A stretch of DNA of 64,000 nucleotides from NCBI GenBank assembly GCA_038087875.1, contig JAXLNO010000618.1:62001-126000 (forward strand), in the 5' to 3' direction. The notes below the pieces were generated by a model. It ran no database searches. It was not told the DNA's origin and worked only from the letters and a program-made list of their open reading frames with translations. The translations under genes and the position numbers were made by a program. Shown in pieces: positions 34,379 to 48,431 of the stretch. Source of the stretch: Malacoraja senta. Its lineage: Eukaryota. Numbering within the stretch: position 1 is the first letter of the stretch; every line of letters starts with the position of its first letter.

Positions 34379-37300
34379 GACTCAAATAGAGAATGCTATT
34401 AGTCAGTGTGTGAGGCAGGAGGCAGAGAAGGAAAGCACTCAGACCCAACATGTAGGGGGGAAAGAAGAAAACAATAATAAACAGAGAATAAGAGGTGGTG
34501 GGGTTCTTAAACGGGTGAGCAGAGAAACAGAGGGGTGTAAAATGCGGGCGGAAGCAATACGAAGCAAGGTGAAAAGTAAAAGTGGCAGGCAGACAAATCC
34601 ACGGCAAAAATCAAAAAGAGTCACTTTTCAACATAATTGTATAAGGGGTAAGAGCGTTGTAAAAACAAGCCTGAAGGCTTTGTGTCTCAATGCAAGGAGC
34701 ATTCGTAATAAGGTGGATGAGTTGAACGTGCAGATAGCAATTAATGATTATGATATAGTTGGGATCACGGAGACATGGCTCCAGGGTGACCAAGGCTGGG
34801 AGCTGAACATCCAGGGATATTCAATATTTAGGAGGGATAGAGAGAAAGGAAAAGGAAGTGGGGTAGCGTTGCTGGTTAGAGAGGAGATTAACGCAGTGGA
34901 AGGGAAGGACATTAGCTTGGAGGATGTGGAATCGGTATGGGTAGAGCTGCGAAACACTAAGAGGCAGAAAACGCTGGTGGGTGTTGTGTACAGGCCACCT
35001 AGCAGCAGTAGTTAAGTTGGGGATGGCATCAAAGAGGAAATTAGAAATGCGTGCAACAAAGGCAAAACAGTTATAATGGGTGACTTCAATCTACATATAG
35101 ATTGGGTGAATCAAATTGGCAGGGGTGCTGAGGAAGAGGATTTCTTGGAATGTATGAGGGATAGTTATCTAAACCAACATGTAGAGGAACCAACGAGAGA
35201 GCAGGCTATTCTAGACTGGGTATTGAGTAATGAGGAAGGGTTAGTTAGCAGACTTGTTGTGCGTGCCCCCTTGAGCAAGAGTGACCATAATATGGTTGAG
35301 TTCTTCATTAGGATGGAGAGTGACATTGTTAATTCAGAAACAACGGTTCTGAACTTAAAGAAAGGTAACTTTGAGGGTATGAGACGTGAATTGGCCAAGA
35401 TTGACTGGCAATTCGTTCTAAAAGGGTTGACGGTGGACATGCAATGGAAGGCATTTAAAGACTGCATGGATGAACTACAAAAATTGTTCATCCCAATTTG
35501 GCAAAAGAATAAATCAGGGAAGGTAGTGCATCTGTGGATAACAAGGGAAATCAGGGATAGTATCAAAGCAAAAGATGATGCGTACAAATTAGCCAGAAAA
35601 AGCAGCATACCAGAGGACTGGGAGAAATTCAGAGACCAGCAGAGGAGGACAAAGGGCTTAATTAGGAAAGGGGAAATAGATTATGAAAGGAAACTGGCAG
35701 GGAACATAAAAACTGACTGCAAAAGTTTTTATAGATATGTGAAGAGAAAGAGATTAGTTAAAACAAATGTAGGTCCCTTGCAGTCATAAACAGGTGAATT
35801 GATCATGGGGAACAAGGATATGGCGGACCAATTGAATAACTACTTTGGTTCCGTCTTCACTAAGGAAGACATAAATAATCTGCCGGAAATAGCAGGGGGC
35901 CGCGGGTCAAAGGAGATGGAAGAACTGAGTGAAATCCAGGTTAGTCGGGAAGTGGTGTTGGGTAAATTGAATGGATTAAAGGCCGATAAATCACCAGGGC
36001 CAGATAGGCTGCATCCCAGAGTACTTAAGGAAGTAGCTCCAGAAATAGTGGATGCATTAGTGATAATTTTTCAAAACTCTTTGAATTCTGGAGTAGTTCC
36101 TGAGGATTGGAGGGTAGCAAACGTAACCCCACTTTTTAAGAAGGGAGGGAGAGAGAAAACGGGGAATTACAGACCAGTTAGTCTAACATCGGTAGTGGGG
36201 AAACTGCTAGAGTCAGTTATTAAAGATGGGATAGCAGCACATTTGGAAAGTGGTGAAATCATTGGACAAAGTCAGCATGGATTTACGAAAGGTAAATCGT
36301 GTCTGACGAATCTTATAGAATTTTTCGAGGATGTAACTAGTAGAGTGGATAGGGGAGAACCAGTGGATGTGTTGTATCTGGACTTTCAGAAGGCTTTCGA
36401 CAAGGTACCACATACGAGATTAGGATACAAACTTAAATCACACGGTATTGGGTTTTCAGTATTGATGTGGATAGAGAACTGGCTGGCAAACAGGAAGCAA
36501 AGAGTAGGAGTAAACGGGTCCTTTTCACAATGGCAGGCAGTGACTAGTGGGGTACCGCAAGGCTCAGTGCTGGGACCCCAGCTATTTACAATTTATATTA
36601 ATGATCTGGACGAGGGAATTGAAAGCAACATCTCCAAGTTTGCGGATGACACGAAGCTGGGGGGCAGTGTTATCTGTGAGGAGGATGCTAGGAGACTGCA
36701 AGGTGACTTGGATAGGCTGGGTGAGTGGGCAAATGTTTGGCAGATGCAGTATAATGTGGATAAATGTGAGGTTATCCACTTTGGTGGCAAAAACGGGAAG
36801 GCAGACTATTATCTAAATGGTGGCCGATTAGGAAATGGGGAGATGCAGCGAGACCTGGGTGTCATGGTACACCAGTCATTGAAAGTAGGCATGCAGGTGC
36901 AGCAGGCAGTGAAGAAAGCGAATGGTATTTTGGCCTTCATAGCAAGAGGATTTGAATATAGGAGCAGGGAGGTTCTACTGCAGTTGTACAGGGTCTTGGT
37001 GAGACCACACCTGGAGTATTGCGTACAGTTTTGGTCTCCAAATCTGAGGAAGGACATTATAGCCATAGAGGGAGTGCAGAGAAGGTTCACCAGACTGATT
37101 CCTGGGATGTCAGGACTTTCATATGAAGAAAGACTGGATAGACTTGGCTTATACTTGCTAGAATTTAGGAGATTGAGAGGGGATCTTATAGAAACGTACA
37201 ACATTCTTATGGGGTTGGACAGGCTAGATGCAGGAAGATAGTTCCCGATGTTGGGGAAGTCCAGGACAAGGGGTCACAGCTTAAGGATAAGGGGGGAAAC

Positions 37301-37578
37301 CTTTAAGACCGAGATGAGGAAAAACGTTTTCACACAGAGAGTGGTGAATCTCTGGAACTCTCTGCCACAGAGGATAGTTGAGGCCAGTTCATTGGCTATA
37401 TTTAAGAGGGAGTTAGATGTGGCCCTTGTGGCTAAAGGGATCAGGGGGTATGGAGAGAAGGCAGGTATGGGATACTGAGTTGGATGATCAGCCATGATCA
37501 TATTGAATGGCGGTGCAGGCTCGAAGGGCCGAATGGCCTACTCCTGCACCTATTTTCTTTGTATCTATGTATCTATGT
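34379..37578 (+). mobile_element. CR1 LINE with near-complete ORF2 (APE endonuclease plus RT, interrupted by stops), inserted in the BEL 3' LTR
   Basis: [60 protein letters not shown]; (tatctatg)n tail. Confidence 0.95.
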
Positions 37579-37804
37579 ATTGCAGTAACGAGTCGGGAAG
37601 AAACTTGGATGTATCTTGCTGTTTACCATCAACAATAAAGCATTTATTCAACAAAAGACTGTGTTGAAGCTTTATGAGTGAAGAAGCTCTGAAGGTCACT
37701 GAGGAAGCTTGCATGCGTATCGAAGATATTCCCCTCATCCATTCTCATCCAAATAGCGGCTAGAGAAATCGTTTCTCAAAAGATAAGAAAAATCTGCCGC
37801 TACA

Positions 37805-38130
37805 CCGATGTTGGGTGAGTCCAGAACCAGGGGCCACTGTTTAAGAATAAAGGGTAAGCCATTTAGAACGGAGACGATGAAACACTTTTTCTCACGGAGA
37901 ATTGTGAATCTGTGGAATTCTCTGCCTCAGAGGGCGATGGAGGCAGGTTCACTGGATGCTTTCAAGAGAGAGCAAGATAGGACTCTTAAAGATAGCGGAT
38001 TCAGGGCATATGGGGAGAAGGCAGGAATGGGTACTGATTGGGAATGATCAGCCATGATCACATTGAATGGCGGTGCTGGATCGAAGGGCCGAATGGCCTA
38101 CTCCTGCACCTATTGTCTATTGTCTATTGT
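37805..38130 (+). mobile_element. CR1 3' fragment
   Basis: SRTRGH...NLWNSLP region and (tattgtc)n tail. Confidence 0.85.
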
Positions 38131-38860
38131 AGGCTAACAAAGTAGTCGAAGTGTTTACAATACATTCGGCATTTCTGATCTGTTTAAATTCGGATAATGA
38201 CATGATGTTGCATTTGGCTCCAGTGTCGATCTTTGCAACAGTAATGGTGTTGACATGAAGTGAAACTTCAGGGTTGAGTTGCTTGTTAGTGGAAGCAACC
38301 AAGGAGTGTATGTTATGGCTGCTATCTACATGCTCAGGGAGTAGAGCTGGAGGTGGCGCTGCTAGCTCTTCGTACTTACTATCAGCAGCTTCATGTTTTA
38401 ACCAGTGTACAGACTGCCTTGGGAGTGATCGGATTCCACGAGCACTGCAACATTTTGAGAAATTATTTCTTCTTTTGCAAAAATGGCATATTTTTCCGAG
38501 AGCAAAGCAAAGTTTGCGATCTGCAGGGTGGGAGCCGCTACAGTTAGAACACTTTCCAATAATCTTTGAGATTGTCGAGATGATGTGTGGGGTTGTGAGC
38601 GCTATTTATGGTAGGAAGTGTCGATAGCATCGACATGGTATGAGGAATGCGGTCTGGGTCCCAATGACCTGGTGTGAGAGGTCATGATCTCATTAATACG
38701 ACAGGCATGTTCAGCTTGGGCAAGTGTCAGTTCAGTATCACAAAGTAATTCATCGCATACTTTATCACTGAGAATTCCACCCATAGGCTGTGGACCGAGC
38801 ATCAAAAATGTGTCTAGAAATCCATTTTCGTGACCCACGTCACGGAACTACATGAAATTT
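38130..38860 (-). mobile_element. Ty3/Gypsy gag-protease remnant
   Basis: Aspartic protease motif KIDTGAKCN; gag-like ELL...ELTL.QA...CR. Confidence 0.7.
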
Positions 38861-38968
38861 TCCACAGTTTTGGTTTAATATAATTGAGAAGGATGTCATA
38901 ACTCGTCATTCCCAAAAGTTGCACATTAATTAATTAAACTAATTAGAAAATGAGATAGGGAAAGTACA

Positions 38969-38970
<2 letters not shown>

Positions 38971-39032
<62 letters not shown>
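38971..39032. repeat. (AT)n microsatellite
   Basis: About 31 perfect AT units. Confidence 0.98.
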
Positions 39033-39034
<2 letters not shown>

Positions 39035-39350
39035 CTTGTAAATATGACTGTAATCATATATAATTAAGTATAATTATATCATAAAAAATAATATGATGAA
39101 TATAATTGTGAGTGTTTTTTTAATGACACTGTCGCAGAGGTCCTGCTCCTGAACCAGCCTAATTAATGGGTGAGGGCAGTTCTTGTGGGTTCCTCCCTTT
39201 ACTGAACCCCACTGACTGCCAATGTGCAGAGTGGGGGTCACGGCCATAGTGGGACAGGGGCAGTTCCAGGCTGGGGGACAGCCCTTCAAGGCATCTTCCA
39301 GTTGTTTTAATAGGAAATTTAATGAGACTGCAGCAGAGGTCCCAGGTTTT

Positions 39351-41009
39351 TTAAATTTTATTTTATTATTTTTTAAAATTATTTTTATTAGAAGTACGGT
39401 AAATTACAGTAATACACAACACTTATATCTTAATACATTTTTTATACCGCTTCATTTTTTTGAGCTTTAAGAGAAAGATAGAAGTAAGAAAAGTAAAGAA
39501 AGTGCGCAAGAGTCGTGAGGTGCAAGAGAGTGTTGTGAAAAGAAAGCCCCTTAGAAAAGAAGTTAGAGAAGGAAGTAAAGTAAGAAAGTAGATCCTAGAA
39601 AAGAAAGAAAAAGAAAGTAGGAACAATCGCAGAAAGGGAACCACCAACCAAGTCTGTTTTTATTGTTTTACCTCCCATTACCAGGTCCTGATACCATTTC
39701 TTTATTTATTTATTTTTTAAATTACTATTGCACCTCATGCTTGTAATAGGTCCAAAAACGTAGACCACGTCTTTTGGAATTGGTCTGCTTTCCCTGCTAA
39801 GAGGAATCTCATCTCTTCCAGATGTAATGTTTCCAACATATTTGATGTCCACATTTTTATTGTTGGTGTGGGCGCATTTTTCCAGAATTTAAGTATGAGC
39901 CTTTTTCCCATTATTAGCCCGTAATTGAATAAGTTCTTCTGATACACGTTTAATTCAGGGATACCTTCCGATATTCCAAAAATGATCCATTCTGGTTTTG
40001 GTACCAGTTTTATTTTAATTAATTTTGAGAAAATATCAAATATTTCATACCAAAAATTTTAGATTTTTGTACACAAAACAAAAGAATGCGCTATGGTAGC
40101 TTCTTGACATAGACATTTATCACAGATTGGTGAAACATTAGGAAAGATTTTATTTTATTTAGTTTTTGAATAATATAGTCTATGTAATGTTTTGAATTGG
40201 ATGAGCATATATACGTTGATCGAACATTTATGCACCTGTAGTAAGTGGTTATCCCAGCTCTCTTTTGAAATTTTTATAGCTAATTCTTGTTCCCAGTCTC
40301 TTCTAATTCCTTCTGTTGTGGGTATTTCTATGTTTAAAATGAGATTATATAAGTACGATATTAGATTAGCTGATTCCGCCTTTGTCTTCATTGCTTCATC
40401 TAGTAAGTCGGAAGGCATATTATGATAGTCTTTTGTGTATTTTCCCAGGTAATCACGAATTTGTAGATATTTAAAATATTGATTATTTTTCAGATTATAT
40501 TTCAGTTGTAGTTGTTGAAATGATAGTAATTTTCCCAATTCATACAGATCTTCGAGCGTTTTGATTCCCATTCTTTCCCATTGTATAAATGATTTGTCTA
40601 TGGTTGAAGGTTTAAACGATGGGTTATTAACTATTGGTATTGAGAGAGATAGGTTTCTTAATTTTAGATTCTGTTTTATTTGTTTCCATGTTCTAATTGT
40701 GCTATTTATAATTGGGTTTTTATTATAATTTTTATTATTCAAATTTATTGGAGAGAGAATAATCGCTCCTATATTACTCGGGGAACAGTCCCCTTTTTCC
40801 ACTATAATCCAGTCCACCTGCTGGGCAGAATTGTCCAGCAGGTGAATCATATTTTTAATATTTACTGCCCATTTATAATACATAAAGTTAGGGAGCGCGA
40901 GACCCCCCAACTCTTTTCGTTTATTAAGGTGTGCTCTTTGTATTCTATGGGATTTATAATCCCATATAAAATTTGTAATGTCTGAGTCCAATTTTTTGAA
41001 AAACTTTTC
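39351..41009 (-). mobile_element. 5'-truncated L1 of a second, related subfamily
   Basis: ORFs 40155-40991 and 39735-39947 are homologous to 29120-30298; TSD cccaggtttt at 39341-39350 and 41010-41019 with a TTTT/AA site. Confidence 0.9.
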
Positions 41010-42619
41010 CCCAGGTTTTAAGGGCTCATGAACCTGCCTAATTAAAGGGTCAGGACAGATCCTCTGTGTTCCCCCGTTTACTGAACCCCACTGACTGCCA
41101 TAGTGGGGAGAGTGGGGGTAACGGCCATAGTGGGACTGGGGCAGTGCCAGGCTGGGTGACAGACCTGTAAGAGGCCTGTCTTATTTCTGATGTAAATGCC
41201 ACATCCTGACCAAGAATCGAATGATCTGATGTTTTACCCCAGACCGGGTTTATTCCGCTCCCCTGTGTGTTTATAACATTATTTACCTCAGTTTTACCCC
41301 AGACCGGGTATATACAAGATTCAAGAGAGTTTATTGTCGTGTGTCCCAGATAGGACAATGACATTCTTGCTTTGCTTCAGCACAAAAGAATATAGACGGC
41401 ATGAATACAGAAAAGATCAGTGTGTCCATATACCATTGTATAAATATATACACACATGTATAAATAAAACAGATAAAGTGCAAATAAACTGATAATGGGC
41501 TATTAATGATCAGAGTTTTGTTTGAGTTGAGTTCAATATCCTGATGGCTGTAGGGCTGTTTGTGTATTTTGTTCCCCTGTGTGTTTATAACATTATTTAC
41601 TGTATTATACTGTATTATAACATTATTTACTGTCACTACGTCATGTTGTTACTTGTGGGCGGAGCACCAATGCAAATTCCTTGTATGTGAATACTTGGCC
41701 AATAAACTTACTTTACCTCAGTTTTACCCCAGACCGGGTTCATTCCACTCCCCTGTGTGTTTATAACATTATTTACTGTCACTGTATGTCATGTTGTTAT
41801 TTATGGGCAGAGCACCAAGGCAAATTCCTTGTATGTGAATACCTGGCCAATAAACATACTTAACCTCAGTTTTACCCCAGACCGGGTTTATTTTGTTCTC
41901 CTGTGTGTTTATAACATTATTTACCCCAGCCCAGTGACTAAGTGGGTTTTCTCAGAGATCTTCACTTTCCTCCCACACTCCAAAGAAGTGCATGTTTGTA
42001 GGTTAATTGACTTCGTATAAATGCAACATTGTCCCTATTGTGTGTAGGATAGTGTTAATGTGCGGGGATCGCTGGTCGGTGCAGATTCGTTGGGCCAAAG
42101 GGCCTGTTTCCGCGCTGTTTCCCCAAATGTGAAACGTACCATGACACATGAAGTGTTCTCCCCGACACTGCTCCTGATACTGTGCCCTTTACCATGGACA
42201 TTGAAACCCTGTACACAAACAGAAACAGATAGGAGCATGCAGGCAGTTCAAATATCTGGAGAAACACACCATGACAAACTAGATACTACTTTAACTGACA
42301 AAGAAATACTTTGAATTAAATGAGACGTACAAGTAAAGGAACAGTAGTGAAGTTTGGCCCAGTTTATGCAACATTCGGCAGAATGGGGTAGACAGTCTAA
42401 CCCTGGCAGACTCTTCCTGCATCAGAGGACCCAGTCTTTGGAGATCCTGGGTGGAAACTAACACTAATTGGTCACCCCTTTAGAAAGGAGCAGAGAGGAG
42501 AGGAAATGGATTCTGGCAACAGACACAAACAGACTAAACCAATTATAGATTTAGATCAATTCCAAACAAAGCTACAGTTGGGTGAATGGAAGGGGCAAGA
42601 TTACTTAATTGTAATGAGT

Positions 42620-43390
42620 TAAACACAAGTGTCATGAACATTAAACTACTTTCCCTGCAACAGCAGCCAACTAGGATGACTTTAACCAGGGAATGTAACC
42701 TGGTCCAAAACAAAGTGCTGGAGGTACTTGGCAGATCAGGCACCATCTACCCGACCACAAAGGGAATGGACAGATGCTGTCGTTTCCTGTTGGGGATCCT
42801 TTAAGACTGATGGAGTCGGGTAGAGAAAGTGGGAAAGAGGTGGGAGCAGGACAAAGCCTGTTATGTGATTAGTGGATACAGGGGAGAGGGTGATGGGTTG
42901 TGACAATGGCTAGGGGTGACAAGGAGACAAAAGGTGCAACAGATGAGAAGAGTGAAACGTAAAGCTGGAGGGAGGGATACGGGTGGAAGGGGATAGAGTG
43001 AAATATGAGACTGGTTTGGGAGGTGAGCATACACAGGGAAGGAGCAGAGTGACCAAGTTGTTGGGGGAAGTGTTCAAACCAGGGTGGGGGGTGCAGGGAA
43101 AGAGGGGGTTCCCATTACCAGGGTGGGGGGTGCAGGGAAAGAGGGGGTCCCCATCACCAGGGTGGGGGGTGCAGGGAAAGAGGAGGTTCCCATCACCAGT
43201 GTGGGGGGGTGCATGGAAAGAGGGGGTTACCATCACCAGTGTGGGGGGGGTGCAGGGAAAGAGGGGGTTCCCATCACCAGGGTGGGGGGGGGGGTCAGGG
43301 AAAGAGGGGGTTCCCATCACCAGGGTGGGGGGGATGCAGGGAAAGAGGGGGTTCCCATCACCAGTATGCTGATTTCCCACCTCAATGCCA
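42620..43390 (+). repeat. Dispersed duplicate of 58070-58620, including a G-rich minisatellite of about 43 bp (43070-43365)
   Basis: Shared tgaacattaaactactttccctgcaacagcagcc...; minisatellite copy number differs between the two. Confidence 0.9.
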
Positions 43391-43409
43391 CATTTCCCTT
43401 TTATCCTGG

Positions 43410-44005
43410 GTTAGCCTCTACTTCCTGAGAAGATTACCGAGAGTCGGTTTGTCAAGGAGGACTCTCTCTAACTTCTACAGGTGCACAGTAGAGAGCATGC
43501 TGACCGGTTGAATCGTGGCTTGGTTCAGCAACTTGAGCGCCCTGGAGAGGAAAACACTGCAAAAATTAGTAAACACAGCCCAGTCCATCATCGGCTCTGA
43601 CCTTCCTTCCATCGAGGGGATCTATCGCAGTCGCTGCCTCAAAAAGGCCGGCAGCATCATCAAGGACCCACACCATCCTGGCCACACACTCATCTCCCCG
43701 CTACCTTCAGGTAGAAGGTACAGGAGCCTGAAGACTGCAACATCCATGTCAGGAATAGCTACTTCCCCACAGCCATCAGGCTATTAAACCTGGCTCGGAC
43801 AAAACTCTGAACATTAATAGCTCATTATATGTTATTTGTACTTCATCAGTTTATTTATTCATGTGTGTATATATTTATATAATGGTATATGGACGCACTG
43901 ATCTGTTTTGTAGTCAATGCCTACTATGTTCTGTTGTGCTGAAGCAAAGCAAGAATGTCATTGTCCTATCAGAGACACATGACAATAAACTCACTTGAAC
44001 TTGAA
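43410..44005 (+). mobile_element. Rex1/Babar 3' fragment
   Basis: Same family as 22484-23240. Confidence 0.88.
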
Positions 44006-45129
44006 CTATCCCCTCCCATGTCCCATTCACCCATAAACCTCCCTCTGGCTTCATCTTCCACACCTCTCCCCTTCTTATCCAACATGTTTTATCACTTTCA
44101 CCTCTGGCCTTTGTTACTTTTTCCATCCATCTGCCAATCACCCACCCCCACATGCCAGGCTTTGTCCCATCCCCACTTTCCATCTATCTCCCCCTACTCC
44201 AGTCTGTAGGTTTCCAACCCAAATGCCATCTGCCTATTTCCCCCACAGATGCTGCCTGACCCTCAGAGTTCCTCCAGCACTTCTGCTCAACATTCCAGCA
44301 CCCTGAAATACAAGGAACGTGACCACAAAGCAATTAGGAAAAGACATTGTTAATCTTTCTCAAAGATTTATCCCCATTGAAACCACGAGAACGTCTAAAC
44401 AAGGGCCTCCTCAAATTGTTTCTGATTTTCTTTTTTTTTGTGTTTTTGGAAGGAATTCTGTCCCTGATTTATGTATTGGTCTTTATAACCTATTTTTTTT
44501 TAATTCTGATTATATGTTTTCTATAAATCTCTGTATGGTGTCCTTGAGACCTCGGTATAAGGCGCCCGTAAATAAAATCCATTATTATTATTATTATTAT
44601 TATATCATCTCCACAAAGACTAGATTAGATAGACTTGGTTATAGCAAAATAAAATCACGTTAATGATTGAAATCTCCTGACATCCTTGATCACACCCTCT
44701 TTGACAATCAGTACTTGGAACAGCAAGTTGACAAAGCCCATCTATCACAAACCATAGAAAACTGGGGACATTAGAAGATCTCCAAAGACCTTAGCACATC
44801 AACCAGAAACAAGTAGAATAACTGTAGAGGGAGAAACAGCAGCAGGTGAGAAAATTCTACATTCACCTCAAAATATCAAACACTGGGTGGACAGGGCCTG
44901 GAAAAATAACTCTAGTCCCAATGTTTCAAGGTCATTTTATCGTCACATGTACCAATTAAGGTCCAGTGAAATTCAAATGTGTCTGCAGTAGTGAATCCTA
45001 CAGGGTAGAAGAATACATTGACTATTATCATAATCAAACTGGCACAGCAACATGCCAGCCATATCAAACACAACACTTCACACAAACAGTAAACTCCCTG
45101 AATGAGCTGCCCAATGCTGTAACTCTTAC

Positions 45130-47800
45130 TATGGGCATCAAACGTGACACTCTGTGAAATGTCACGTATCCATGTTCTCCACAGATGCTGCCTGACCCGC
45201 TGAGTTACTCCAGAACTCTGTGAAACGGCACCTATCCATGTTCTCCACATATGCTGCCTGACCCGCTAAGTTACTCCAGCACTCTGTGAAACGGCACCTA
45301 TCCATGTTCCCCACAGATGCTGCCTGACCCGCTGAGTTACTCCAGCACGTTGTGCCTTCTTTTGTAAATCAGCACCTGCAGTTCCTTGATTTTCATCCCA
45401 AATCTTGCTTGGTTTCAGGGTTTTCACTAAATTTGGTATCTGTCCAATGGGTGCATTACGGGGAAAGGTAAAGGGTCACAGAGCAATAGAGAACCATTTT
45501 GCAGTAAAGAACACAATACCTAATTTGTAGACAGCGCTCCCAATGTGCAGTGAATTCACATATCAGGTCGCTCCAATTTGTGGTCAACACTCCCACCGTG
45601 TGGTGATCCGCCGCACTGCAGGCCCGTCCAATGTGTGGTCAACACTCCCACCGTGTGGTGATCCGCCGCACTGCAGGCCCGTCCAATTTGTGGTCAACAC
45701 TCCCACCGTGTGGATTAAGAAAATAATGCAGATGCTGGAAAAATCGAAGGTTGCCAAAAATGCTGGAGTAACTCAGCGGGTGAGGCAGCATTTATGGAGA
45801 GAAGGAATAGGTGGCGTTTCAGGTCGCGACCCTTCTTCAGACTGAAGTTGGTGGGGTTCGGGAAACAGAAAGGAAGAGGCAGAGACAGTAGGCTGTGGGA
45901 GAGCTGGGAAGCGAAGGGGAACGAGGAAGAAAATAAGGACTATCTGAAATTGGAGAATGGGAAGATGAGGCAGGTGGTGGGATCCCGTTGGAGGTGGCAA
46001 AAATCTCAGAGGATTATCTGTTGTATGTGACGGCTGGTAGGGTGGAAGGTGAGGACAATAGACAATAGACAATAGGTGCAGGAGTAGATGCTATTTGGCC
46101 CTTCGAGCCAGAACCGCCATTCAACGTGATCTTGGCTGATCATCCCCAATCAGAACCCCGTTCCTGCCTTCTCCCCATATCCCCTGACTCCGCTATTTTT
46201 AAGAGCCCTATCCAGCTCCTTCTTGAAAATATCCAGAGAACCTGCCTCCACCGCCCTCTGAGGCAGAGAATTCCACAGACTCACAATTCTCTGTGAGAAA
46301 AAGTGTTTCCTCGTCTCTGTTCTAAATGGCTTACTCCTTATTCTTAAACTGTGTGTGGCCCCTGGTTCTGGGCTCCCCCAATATTGGGAACACGTTTCCT
46401 GCCTCTAGTGTGTCCAACTCCTTAACAAACGTATATGTTTCAATGAGATTCCCTCTCATTCTTCTAAACTCCAAAGTATACAAGCCCAGCCGCTCCATTC
46501 TCTCAGCATATGACAGTCCCGCCATCCCAGGAATTAACCTGGTGAACCTACGCTGGGCTCCCTCAATAGCAAGAATTTCGTTCCTCAAATTAGGGGACCA
46601 AAACTGTACACAATACTCCAGGTGTGGTCTCACTAGGGCCCTGTACAACTGCAGAAGGACCTCTTTGCTCCTATACTCAACTCCTCTTGTTATAAAGGTC
46701 AACATGCCATTGGCTTTCTTCACTGCCTGCTGTACCTGCATGCTTACTTTCAGTGACTGATGAACAAGGACCCCCAGAACCCGTTGTACTTCCCCATTTC
46801 ACACAAGAGGTTAACAACTAGTTCACGTTAACTTTCCTCAACCAAGTACAACGTAGAACCACTTTAAATTCCTCACTGTCTTCTTAATCATAACAATTAG
46901 TCATCAACTGAAAACCAGTCTTCATAAAGGGCCCCAATTAAAACACAATTGGACATCTATCCAGGAGACAAATTCATTCTTGCCATTGCCTTCATGAAGT
47001 AAATGGAACCACACCCAGAAATCAGTCTGAGGCTCCCAACCCAAGATCTCACCTATCCATGTTCTCCACAGATGCTGCCTGACCCGCTGAGTTACTCCAG
47101 CACTTTGTGTCTTGTTTTGTTAACCAGCACCTGCAGTTCCTTGATTTTCATCCCAAATCTTCCCTGGTTTCAGGGCTTTTACTAAATTTGGTATCTGTGC
47201 AATGGGTGCATTACGGGGAAAGGTAAAGGGTCACAGACCAACAAAGACCCATTTTGCAGTAAATAGCACAATATCTAATTTGTAGACAGCGCTCCCAATG
47301 TGCAGTGAATTCACGAACAGGTCGCTCCAATTTGTGGTCAACACTCCCACCGTGTGGTGATCCACCGCACTGCAGGCCCATCCAATTTGTGGTCAACACT
47401 CCCACCGTGTGGTGATCCACTGCACTGCAGTCCCATCCAATTTGTGGTCAACACTCCCACCGTGTGGATTAAGAGAGAACTGCAGAAGCTGGAAAAATCG
47501 AAGGTAGACAAAAATGCTGGAGTAACTCAGCGGGTGAGGCAGCATCTATGGAGAGAAGGAATAGGTGACGTTTCAGGTCGAGACCCTTCTTCAGACTGAA
47601 GTTGGGGTGGGGGAGCGGGAAAAAGGACGGAAAAGGCCGACAGAAGACTGTGGGAGAGCTGGGAAGGGGAAGGAGGGAGAAACCACTGAAATTGGAGGAT
47701 GGGAAGATGAGGCCAGTGGTGGGATCCCGTTGGAGGTGGCAATAATGTTGGAGGATTATCTGTTGTATGTGACGGCTGGTAGGGTGGAAGGTGAGGACAT
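45130..47800 (+). repeat. Local direct duplication (about 45200-46065 vs 47040-47800, offset about 1754 bp) flanking a minus-strand CR1 fragment (46066-46790)
   Basis: For example, ttgtagacagcgctcccaatgtgcagtgaattcac occurs at about 45526 and 47280. Confidence 0.85.
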
Positions 47801-48431
47801 GGGGGACTGTGTCCTTGTTACGAGTAGGGGGGTGGGGAGTAAGAGCAGAGTTGCGGGATATAGAGAAGATTATGATAAGAGTGCTGGAGAAACTCAGCAG
47901 GTCAGGCACCATCTCTGGAGGAAAAGGATGGGTGATATTTTGGGTAAGAACCCTTCTTCTATTCCATCCCAAAATCACTTGTTTCTCCAGAGATGCTGCC
48001 TCACCCACTCAGTCACTCCAGCAATGTGTCTATCTTTGGTATAAACCAGCATCTACAGGTCTTGGTTTCTACACTTTACATCAGCCAGATTCAATTTCAG
48101 TTGTGATAAGGTTAGGGTATCATCACTTTAATAAAGATACATCCTTTTATTCTGACACTGTGCCCTCTGGTCCGAGACTCTCCCGCTAGTAGAAACATCC
48201 TTTTAGTTCGGAGATACAGCACAGAATCAGCACAATTCAAGTTGCACCAGAAAAAAATAATCATTAAAAACCCTGGACACTTCAAATGACAACAATGAAA
48301 GGAAAAGTCAGCAGAATTAATCAAAGAAGCAAACACAATTCAGTAGAGAGCGATAGTGTTCTCACCAACCTCATGCCCTGGAGATGTTGATCCACATTAG
48401 ACACAAGGGGAGACTCCCTGTCTCTACCCTG

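Larger units (their letters stand above)
27338..37804 (+). mobile_element. Defective BEL/Pao LTR retrotransposon (5' LTR 27338-27820; 3' LTR 34125-34378 plus 37579-37804) with nested L1 and CR1
   Basis: TGTAG...TACA LTRs; Pao-type RT ([17 protein letters not shown]) and RNase H region (KARVAPLKQMTIPRMEL, FWTDS, NPADEASRG); gag and integrase core deleted; polypurine tract before the 3' LTR. Confidence 0.9.
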
